Shown piece after piece: positions 27,701 to 34,414 of a stretch of 64,000 bases of DNA. How positions within the stretch are numbered: position 1 is the first letter of the stretch; the number at the start of each line of letters is the position of its first letter. The notes under the pieces were generated by a model. It searched no databases. It saw only the letters and a list, made by a program, of their open reading frames with translations, and was not told the DNA's origin. This DNA is from Fimbriiglobus sp. (GTDB lineage Bacteria; Planctomycetota; Planctomycetia; Gemmatales; Gemmataceae): NCBI GenBank assembly GCA_051659845.1, contig JBOFPH010000075.1:97994-161993 (forward strand). The letters are read 5' to 3'. Position numbers and translations under genes: made by a program.

Positions 27701-29330
27701 CGGGGAGTGGGATCTCGCAGGGATCGGTGGCTTGTCTCCGTCAGAATTGTCTGCTGCTTTCGGTAACAATCAGGAACCACCAGCCAGTGTCACGGACGCT
27801 CGAAAACTCAACTCGATTGGCTTCTACCCACCGGCTCGTGCTTTGATCATTCGTGGCAGCCACCGCTACCATGCAAGCCCGAGTTTCCGCCTCAAGGTCG
27901 AGGGCGGCATGGCGCAAGGTGGTCCTGGCCTACCTCGCAATGGCGATGTGATCGCCGAGATCGGTGGCAATGGGAATGTCGCCAACGCTGTCCCGAACAC
28001 CAAGGAAGCCACCAGAGCTGTCGCCACGGCTCTCGCCAACAAGAACACCAAAGACCCAGAAAAACTCTGGAACGTCTTCTTGGCCAAGGTGATCACTCAA
28101 CCTGACGTGGTCATTGATGCTGCGGACGTGCTCTTTGACATGAAAGAATTCGGTCACGCAACCGAAGTGTTGAAAGCCAGCCTCCGCCAGGGTCGTGTCA
28201 ACGGCATCTGGACGCACGATGCCCTCGCGATTGCTCTGCAGTCGAACCAAGGCACCGCAGCCGAAGTGGAACGGGCGTCGCTCTCTTCGATCGACATGGA
28301 CCCGACCAGTTCCTCGAACTACCTCCAAGCCGCCAAGGCCGAGAGCCAACTGGGCAACCATGAAATCGCTCTCGCCTACTGCCAACGAGCAGCTCACCTG
28401 GAACCAAACTCGCCAAACGCCTACGCCAATGCACTCGTTTACGCCGACCGCGTGACCGATGTGAAGTCAGATGCCATCCACTGGGCGGCCACCAACCTGC
28501 TCAAGCGGGATTGGGGCATGGATGAAATCAACTACCACGCAGAGACCAAACAACGGGTCTCGACGATGGCGACGAAGCTGACCGGCCAAGGGCGTCAAGC
28601 CGAAGCGACCCGCCTCGCGGCTCTGACCGTGGACAACAAGAACCGTGACATCGTCATCGAGTTGCTTTACCAAGGTCGCGCTGACCTCGATCTCTCGGTT
28701 GTGGAACCGAACGGTTCGATCTGCTCAGCCACGCACAAACGCACCACGGCTGGCGGTCTGTTGAAGTCCGACATCATGGAACAACGCGATGAGGATCGCT
28801 CGGAGGTCTACACCGCTGCGGAAGCCTTCCCTGGCCAGTACAAGATCCAAGTCCGTAGCGTTCTCGGGACACCGATCAACAACCGAGCACGCATCAAGGT
28901 GACGAAGAACATCGGCACTCCGGAGCAATCGGTCGAAGTCTTCAGCCTCGATCTTTCCAAGGAAACGTCGGTCTCGGTGACCTTGAACCAAGGCAGCCGG
29001 AAGGAACTGGCTTCGATGCCTGATCAGAGCCGCGAAACGCAAATGGATTCGACTCAGTCGATTGACAGCGTCAACCGTGGCAGCTTCTCGGCAGGCTTCG
29101 GCGACCGCTTCACCTCGGAATCGAGCCTCAAGTCCGCATTGCCAACCGTGAAGCCGACCGTGGAATCTCGCCTGACGGGGATTTCTGAAGGCCAGCCAGG
29201 GATGCGATTCGAAGCGAAGCTCGCACCAGATCGCAAGAATGTTGTGATGTCCGCGAAGCCTGTCTTCACAGGCACCGCGGTCAACATTCCGATGCCACGC
29301 ATCAATCTGTTGCCACAATCGGCTGAGTAG
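24774..29330 (+). CDS. Large (1518 aa) secreted multidomain protein: N-terminal vWA domain, coiled-coil region, STN/secretin-N-like segment, (GGLGxG)n repeat, C-terminal TPR-like/beta-rich region
   Basis: Signal peptide LRLLTAIFGVSTASLAVGMSVYA. vWA with MIDAS DTSAS (…DIAVMIDTSASQAG…) and later LYLGDGES. …KINSLDGLTLSALLATISKEF…GLPLGTFLDTILRDLKMSWVARPEYIEIGP resembles an STN/secretin-N domain. The Gly repeat sits at aa ~875-925. No secretin C-domain seen. Confidence 0.8.
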   Translation: MTFVKRLRLLTAIFGVSTASLAVGMSVYADLKDRNQPLAAKPKSDTVQAATEAARTKFSALPTVTYRNTTGETLFAWQIRPELVAQAGRPRDIAVMIDTSASQAGPWMQRARAILDSLSKNLGSEDRVTVWTINTNNAATTRSLTNGFVAPESDAMKSAISVLTNKEYGSGAVDLPAGIEAAAKTFDQRPGRQQVLLYLGDGESAASKAPLTENNRVELGQKLADREIAFFAVPLGIKIQAENLHGLAMLTGGCLVRISDDLTTNDFTKKLKTAIDAPILRTDRVTFGPEGMELYPTRLPPLRSDRSTLVLGKTKATVQTISARIEGRVGTTKTTIDLSDKLADPSTDHYFLPAMIDQYRNTTAKASPVMLSSDRTLAMASEQYRLFRDEFTIQGVWAISADRVDHAEKLFQAALNIDPQSKEAASGMNIVSGLRGGKLKADGVKMGLAQGVSMTRLQEPGAEPKKEGAKPLPAPTAGGATPAEKSLIEQAKNAQAVLEQEYRILVDETLRRARRLMTSDPDSAYEDLKRQRESVLGNEQLSETTRQKLSNDLESAMREVTLKGSEIKRTLSSQRERIAQARQRINEFEQKATQEEQTRARIDSFRQLMNQARFELAQQEAQVMIAERVSRGQNIPPEALAAYRISQSANNLRELTELKRIRENNYLLTMLQVEKSFVPYPDEPPVHFPPAAVWRELTGSRVEKYSNANLGPDAPPSFKRLRAVIEGETSKRIKINSLDGLTLSALLATISKEFEDDGVKFVFRQELFPADFKPGEEKIKTTSDLAGLPLGTFLDTILRDLKMSWVARPEYIEIGPNTTEYSLRYEEKVTRVFDVAELIVGIPNAQSTSALIQNLQFLGAQATIFGTTLQPISGLGAGGLGLGGLGVGGLGVGGLGVGGLGAGGLGAGGLGAGLGAGGLGAGLGAAGGQPGGQQGIAGAGGGAGGGNQGQLGSAFSIQGNDQSATLVQLITSVVARGEWDLAGIGGLSPSELSAAFGNNQEPPASVTDARKLNSIGFYPPARALIIRGSHRYHASPSFRLKVEGGMAQGGPGLPRNGDVIAEIGGNGNVANAVPNTKEATRAVATALANKNTKDPEKLWNVFLAKVITQPDVVIDAADVLFDMKEFGHATEVLKASLRQGRVNGIWTHDALAIALQSNQGTAAEVERASLSSIDMDPTSSSNYLQAAKAESQLGNHEIALAYCQRAAHLEPNSPNAYANALVYADRVTDVKSDAIHWAATNLLKRDWGMDEINYHAETKQRVSTMATKLTGQGRQAEATRLAALTVDNKNRDIVIELLYQGRADLDLSVVEPNGSICSATHKRTTAGGLLKSDIMEQRDEDRSEVYTAAEAFPGQYKIQVRSVLGTPINNRARIKVTKNIGTPEQSVEVFSLDLSKETSVSVTLNQGSRKELASMPDQSRETQMDSTQSIDSVNRGSFSAGFGDRFTSESSLKSALPTVKPTVESRLTGISEGQPGMRFEAKLAPDRKNVVMSAKPVFTGTAVNIPMPRINLLPQSAE
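27394..27550 (+). repeat. Coding tandem repeat of ~15-bp units (ggtggcctgggtgtc) encoding (GGLGxG)n
   Basis: Direct reading: GLGAGGLGLGGLGVGGLGVGGLGVGGLGAGGLGAGGLGAGLGAGGLGAGLGA. About 10 near-identical nucleotide units. Confidence 0.75.
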
Positions 29331-29352
29331 TCAGCCATAGGATTAACAACAT

Positions 29353-29384
29353 AACAGGCCGCATGGTTCACCATGCGGCCTGTT
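29353..29384 (+). terminator. Perfect 14-bp inverted repeat hairpin, 23 nt after the stop of the 1518-aa gene
   Basis: aacaggccgcatgg-ttca-ccatgcggcctgtt read directly. Followed by gtcgtc rather than a U-tract, so it is a hairpin terminator candidate without a canonical T-run. Confidence 0.5.
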
Positions 29385-29625
29385 GTCGTCATGCCGAAAT
29401 GTTCTTCGAAATCGGCATCTGCAACTCGATGGATTTCCAGGTTTGAAGAGGCACGACCGCCAGGGAGTGCTTTGGTTACGACTCTGTTGTGATGATTCTT
29501 GATCGGTGGTGACGAGATAAATCTTGGCGGCTTAGGGGATTTTTGCCCGGGACGTCTGGTTTTTCCGGTTCATCTGGGTTATAGATTCATGAAATCTACC
29601 TGTATACACAGGTGGAAGCTCATCG

Positions 29626-30165
29626 GTGCCCTTGGCTTCACAGCCCGCGCTGGACCGAAATATGACCGATTCGAAGATGCGAAGTATCCATCTCGAAAGC
29701 CCCGCAAGACGTGAGGCTTACCGCGACGCGCGCGCGATCGTCGAAGATAACTGTGGCGAACTGACACTTCTCGGCAAGATCACAGATCTCCCCGAAGACC
29801 ACCCCGCCCTCGGCGCTGATTCCCCGACGCTCGCCGGACCTGCGGCCACCCAATGCGTCTACACCTTGAAAGACGATGGCAAAGATTTTGTCCTGGTGTT
29901 GGGCATCAACACCATCGGTCGACTCTCCGATAACACGATTGCGATTCGAGATGAGCACGTCTCACGTCGGCATTGTGCGATCGTCGTTCACCAGGATGGC
30001 CGGGTGGAGGTTTATGATGTGGCCTCGAAGAATGGCACGGTCGTCAACGGGAAGAAGATCAACGGCCCGACCGGGCTGAAGAATGGCGATGTGATCACAC
30101 TCTGCACGCGGAAACTCATTTTCATCGTCAACCCCATTCATGACCCGCTCGCTGGCTTGCTGTGA
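29626..30165 (+). CDS. FHA-domain protein
   Basis: FHA signature …NTIGRLSDNTIAIRDEHVSRRHCAIVVHQDGRVEVYDVASKNGTVVNGKKI…. The real start may be an internal Met (29662 or 29677). Confidence 0.75.
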   Translation: MPLASQPALDRNMTDSKMRSIHLESPARREAYRDARAIVEDNCGELTLLGKITDLPEDHPALGADSPTLAGPAATQCVYTLKDDGKDFVLVLGINTIGRLSDNTIAIRDEHVSRRHCAIVVHQDGRVEVYDVASKNGTVVNGKKINGPTGLKNGDVITLCTRKLIFIVNPIHDPLAGLL

Positions 30166-30317
30166 AACCAGTTCGCAAAGAGAATCTCCCTTCGAAGCCC
30201 TGTGTGGTCTGTGGTCGGCCATTCACCTGGCGTAAGAAGTGGGAGAAGGTCTGGGATCAAGTCAAATTCTGCTCCGAGCGCTGCCGCCAGGCAAAAGCTC
30301 CTGGCTCCGTAAAATGA
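30162..30317 (+). CDS. Small (51 aa) DUF2256-like zinc-ribbon protein, GTG start, not in the ORF track (<60 aa)
   Basis: Translation from GTG 30162: VKPVRKENLPSKPCVVCGRPFTWRKKWEKVWDQVKFCSERCRQAKAPGSVK*. This fits the CxxCGRPFxWRKKW…W…V.YCS.RCR pattern of DUF2256-type small proteins. The start overlaps the FHA stop by 4 nt, and it ends 31 nt before the ATPase start. Confidence 0.55.
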   Translation: MKPVRKENLPSKPCVVCGRPFTWRKKWEKVWDQVKFCSERCRQAKAPGSVK

Positions 30318-30347
30318 ACTGGATCAACAACTCGCTGAGGATCGCGT

Positions 30348-33300
30348 GTGCATCGGGAATTTGACCCACGGGATACCGCTTTAGGCTACAAGCCGCCACT
30401 CGGGCTATACGCCCTGTCGCTGGCCGTCCTGGTGCTTCTGCTGCTGGATATCGCCCCGTATCTCGTCCAGGCCCTCGCTTGGATGGGTGTCGATGTCTCC
30501 TGGCCGATTTCCCGGGACTTCTACGGCATTCGTTACGCACTCATCGCGGCCGTGGTGGGTTGTGTGCGGGTTCTGGTCGGGGCGTTGGACCGCCTCACGG
30601 AGGGGCACATCGGCGCGGATCTGGCTGTGGGTGTGGCTTGTATCGCGGCGATTTTGCTCGGCGAACCGCTGATCGCAGCCGAGGTCATCGTCATCAGCTT
30701 GATCGGGGAGTGCCTGGAGGCGATCACCTTTGGCCGTGCTCAGAAGGCTTTGGGCCAACTTCACGAACTCTTCCCAATTCGCTGTTGGGTGCTCCGCGGT
30801 GGTGTCGAAGAGCGTGTGCTGACCACAGAACTCGTCGTCGGCGATCGGGTCGTCGTGAAGCCTGGTGGGAAGATCCCCGCGGATGGCCGGGTCGTCGAGG
30901 GGCAAGCAGCGGTGAACGTCGCGGCCCTCACGGGCGAAAGTTTGCCGCTCGAGAAAGGCCCTGGCAGCGCGGTCCTGGCAGGGTCGATTGTGCCGAGTGG
31001 CTCGCTAATTCTCGAAGTCGAGCGAGTCAGCACGCAGACGATCGCCGGGCAAGTCGTTGCACTCACGGAAAAAGCCCTGGCCGAGAAGAGCCAAGGCGAA
31101 CGGCTCGCAGATCGTGTGGCGAAGGTGTTTTTGCCGATCGTCTTGGGCCTCGCCTTCTTTGTTTTTATCGTCAACGTCCTCTGGCAGCGCAGTGCTCCGG
31201 TAGGCCTCGGCGTGGAGCAGAAGACTCTGACTTGGGGCGAAGCGGCCCGCGTGGCAGCATACCCGACGCTTGGCGTGTTGGTCGTGGCTTGCCCGTGCCC
31301 TCTGATCCTCGCCACCCCCGCTGCCGTCATGGCCGCACTCGCCCGGCTGGCGGGTACGGGCGTCGTGCTCAAGAGCGGTGCGGCCCTCGAACGGCTCGCG
31401 CAAATCCAGAGCATTGCCTTCGACAAAACCGGCACACTCACCGAAGGCAAGCTCGAACTCGGTAGCCTACGGCCTGCCCTTGGCCGTGACCCGGAGGAGT
31501 TACTGCGCGTCGCGGCAAGTCTGGAAGCGAAAAGCGAACACCCGATCGCCCGCGCCATTCTGGCTCACGTCCCTGAGCCAGAGCTAGCACGCGAGTTTCG
31601 CGCAATACCAGGCTTGGGGGTCGTCGGCGTCTCGGCGACTGGGGAAATGATCGCAGTTGGCTCACGTAAGCTGTTTATCCAAGAGGGTATCACCTTACCA
31701 TCCGAAGCTGAGGCCGCGTTTACTGAACTGGAAGCTCTCGGCGAAAGTGCCGTCGCGGTCGTCCGGTCGGGAGAGTGGCTAGGGGTGTTGGGGGTCCGGG
31801 ATCGGCTGCGGCCCGAAGCGGTCGGCGTCGTCGATGAACTCCAAGCGATGGGCTTAAGCCCGATTGCCATGCTCACCGGAGACCGCCGGATCGTGGCCAC
31901 GGCTATCGCCGGGAATCTCCCGGGTCTCGAACTCTACGCGGACCTCTTACCCGCCGACAAAGCCGAGTGGATCGCCAAGCAAGCAAAACCTACGGCCTTC
32001 ATCGGCGATGGCATCAACGACGCCCCAGCTCTGGCTCGCGCGAGTGTCGGCTTGGCCGTCGGTTCCGGTACCGATGTCGCTGTCGAAGTGGGGGATATCG
32101 TCTTCATGGGCGAACCGCTTCGCCCGCTACCCATGCTGATTCGCCTTTCGAGAAAAACGACGCAAGTCATCCGGCAAAACATCCTCGGCTTCGGCTTTGG
32201 CATGAACCTCTTCGGCGTCTTGCTGACAGGCTTACTCTGGCCACTGTTTGCGACCTCACCGGCCTGGTTCGAGAAAGCCCCGCTCGTCGGAGTGGTCTAT
32301 CACCAACTTGGCTCTTTGCTGGTGCTCGTGAACTCGCTGCGTTTACTCCGCTTCGAACGCACACCAACGGCCGCGACCCGTGGTTTCACCGAAGCGACTC
32401 GTGGCCTCGATCGCTTCTTCACCCGGTGGACTGCCGACGAAGTTTTGCACGAACTGGGCCATCACTGGAAGTGGGTGTTGGGCAGTGTCATCGGGTTGTC
32501 ACTGATCGTTTGGTTCGCCTCCGGTGTGACGCAAATCAACCCCGCCGAGGTCGGCGTCGTGCAGCGATTCGGCAACGTGCGGGACGATCTCGCACCCGGC
32601 TTGCATGTCCGTTGGCCGTACCCGATCGAGACTGTCACCAAAGTCCGGCCACAGGAAATCAAGCTTGTGGAGATTGGTTTCCGAGTTCTCAGTGATGAGC
32701 GTCGCAAGGCGCTCGAAAGTGCCAAGGCCGAGCAACAACGGCTTCGCCGACCGGGTGGCAACCTGGCCGTCGATACGAGCCTGACCTGGGCCTCTTCTCA
32801 TGCCGAAGGCATTGACCGCAAGACTGATGAGTTCCTGATCGTGACTGGCGATGGCAACCTCGTCGAGTTGTTCGCTACGGTGCGGTATCGCATCATCTCA
32901 CCGCGGGAGTACCTCTTCACAGCCCAGAATCCGGAGAGCGTGATTCGCAATGCTGCCGAGGGCATCTTCCGCGAACTGACCGCCGGGCAAGCCTTCGCCG
33001 AGCTGCTCACGAACCAACGGGCACGCCTCGAAAGCGAAGCCAATCGCCGGTTGCCGGCCCGTGTCAGCGAGTTGGCACCCGCAGGCTTGGGCATCGAGTT
33101 GCAGGGCCTGACGATCCACGATTTGCACCCCCAGCAAGAGGTCGTCAATGCTTACCAGGAAGTGGCGATGGCGATTCAACGGCGAGACAAGACCATCAAC
33201 GACGCTCTCGCTGAGGCTCAGCGACTGCGTCAGCGTGCCCAGGAAGATTCATTACGCATCACCCGTCAAGCCGAGGCCGCGAAGACGACTCGCATTGAGG

Positions 33301-33653
33301 ACGCCACTGCCAGCCGCGATGCCTTCCTCGCTTGGGCGAAGGCCCGCAATACCGTCCCCGAGCCGATCGAGAAAGCCTGGTTAGCCGATTTCGAAGCCCG
33401 CGCCCAAGCTGGCCAAGACCGCACGGCTTTGGGTCTCGAACTCGCCCAAAAACGCGAACGCTACCTCCGTGACCGGCGCCAACTGACGGACTTCCGCCTC
33501 ACCCTGGATGCCGTGACGCTCGTACTCCAAGGCCGGGATAAAATCTTCCTCGACGCCACCCAACTCCCCGGCCGTCGGCACATCCTGCTCATGGAACCCG
33601 ACCCCAAGCTCCCGAGCCTGATGGCCCCGCTGAACCCACCAAAGGACCAGTAG
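30348..33653 (+). CDS. P1B-type (heavy-metal) P-type ATPase translationally fused to a C-terminal HflK/HflC-like SPFH (band-7) domain
   Basis: The ATPase part (~30348-32380) has TGES, the CPC motif in a TM helix (VACPCPLILATP), DKTGTLT, GDGINDAP, and a C-terminal …NSLRLLRF. No N-terminal HMA domain. A ~40-aa linker with no stop or Met follows. Then a TM helix (WKWVLGSVIGLSLIVWFASG) and an SPFH domain (~32440-33653): …INPAEVGVVQRFGNVRDDLAPGLHVRWPYPIETVTKV…EFLIVTGDGNLVELFATVRYRIISPREYLFTAQNPESVIRNAAEGIFRE…. Ends with an HflK-like coiled-coil tail. Confidence 0.85.
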   Translation: MHREFDPRDTALGYKPPLGLYALSLAVLVLLLLDIAPYLVQALAWMGVDVSWPISRDFYGIRYALIAAVVGCVRVLVGALDRLTEGHIGADLAVGVACIAAILLGEPLIAAEVIVISLIGECLEAITFGRAQKALGQLHELFPIRCWVLRGGVEERVLTTELVVGDRVVVKPGGKIPADGRVVEGQAAVNVAALTGESLPLEKGPGSAVLAGSIVPSGSLILEVERVSTQTIAGQVVALTEKALAEKSQGERLADRVAKVFLPIVLGLAFFVFIVNVLWQRSAPVGLGVEQKTLTWGEAARVAAYPTLGVLVVACPCPLILATPAAVMAALARLAGTGVVLKSGAALERLAQIQSIAFDKTGTLTEGKLELGSLRPALGRDPEELLRVAASLEAKSEHPIARAILAHVPEPELAREFRAIPGLGVVGVSATGEMIAVGSRKLFIQEGITLPSEAEAAFTELEALGESAVAVVRSGEWLGVLGVRDRLRPEAVGVVDELQAMGLSPIAMLTGDRRIVATAIAGNLPGLELYADLLPADKAEWIAKQAKPTAFIGDGINDAPALARASVGLAVGSGTDVAVEVGDIVFMGEPLRPLPMLIRLSRKTTQVIRQNILGFGFGMNLFGVLLTGLLWPLFATSPAWFEKAPLVGVVYHQLGSLLVLVNSLRLLRFERTPTAATRGFTEATRGLDRFFTRWTADEVLHELGHHWKWVLGSVIGLSLIVWFASGVTQINPAEVGVVQRFGNVRDDLAPGLHVRWPYPIETVTKVRPQEIKLVEIGFRVLSDERRKALESAKAEQQRLRRPGGNLAVDTSLTWASSHAEGIDRKTDEFLIVTGDGNLVELFATVRYRIISPREYLFTAQNPESVIRNAAEGIFRELTAGQAFAELLTNQRARLESEANRRLPARVSELAPAGLGIELQGLTIHDLHPQQEVVNAYQEVAMAIQRRDKTINDALAEAQRLRQRAQEDSLRITRQAEAAKTTRIEDATASRDAFLAWAKARNTVPEPIEKAWLADFEARAQAGQDRTALGLELAQKRERYLRDRRQLTDFRLTLDAVTLVLQGRDKIFLDATQLPGRRHILLMEPDPKLPSLMAPLNPPKDQ

Positions 33654-33847
33654 ATTCGATCCGGAACTCGAGACTTCTGAGTGGATGCGTTCGTGTTTGA
33701 GGTGTGTACGATTTGTGTGGTGAATTGTGCGAGAGGGAACTGGATCAGGGGTCAAACGAATAGAAGTCGAAAGGGAAGTCAGTGTACGGCAGGAAGTCGG
33801 CCAGCAACTCAAGTCACTGGCCAACCTCGAGATGGGGGTCTCGGAGC

Positions 33848-34204
33848 TTACTTCTTCGAGGCTGGAGCCAACGATTCCTTGAGCTTCTTCAGAGGGCGAG
33901 CGGTGACTTTCGTCGAAGCAGGCTTGTCTTTGGTCACAGTCGTCTCACCTGGCTTGAAGCGGTTAGGCACAACCTTGCCACCCTTCTGAGCGGGGATCCG
34001 TTTGGCCTTCAGTTTGAAGAGGCCAGGCAGAGCCAGTGTACCTGGGCCTTTTGGCCCGAGCTGCTTGACGATCACTTCTTCCATCGCCTCCATGACCTTC
34101 GCCACATCGGCCTTGGTCATCTCTGCGATCTCGGCGATGTCAGCGAGGAACTGACCTTTCGTGATCGACTTCTTGGCAGTCTCTTTCGCGGCTTCTTTGG
34201 CCAT
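33848..34204 (-). CDS. HU/IHF-family DNA-binding protein with Lys/Ala-rich N- and C-terminal tails
   Basis: …KGQFLADIAEIAEMTKADVAKVMEAMEEVIVKQL…GLFKLKAKRIPAQKGGKVVPNRFKPGE… fits the HU fold. K/A/P-rich extensions (MAKEAAKETAKK…, …KKLKESLAPASKK). Confidence 0.7.
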   Translation of the reverse strand: MAKEAAKETAKKSITKGQFLADIAEIAEMTKADVAKVMEAMEEVIVKQLGPKGPGTLALPGLFKLKAKRIPAQKGGKVVPNRFKPGETTVTKDKPASTKVTARPLKKLKESLAPASKK

Positions 34205-34414
34205 GTTGTCTTGCTCCAGCAGGGGGAATCGATGCGAAACATCTAGAAATTAAGGCACTTTCGGGCGTAGAGTCAACGAAAAGCCTACAATTCTTCGAGA
34301 AATATCACGGATTTCTGCTCTTTTGACGACGTATGCCCTCGAAAATGAGCAATTTGAAGGCTTTCCAAAGCGAAACATCCCTCAAAACCGGCGTGACCGC
34401 GCCGACAAATCGAT

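Noticed and set aside
29600-29615. Near-palindrome cctgtatacacagg just upstream of the FHA gene as an operator
   Set aside because: Only a 5-bp stem, imperfect, and a single occurrence. It is too weak to call.
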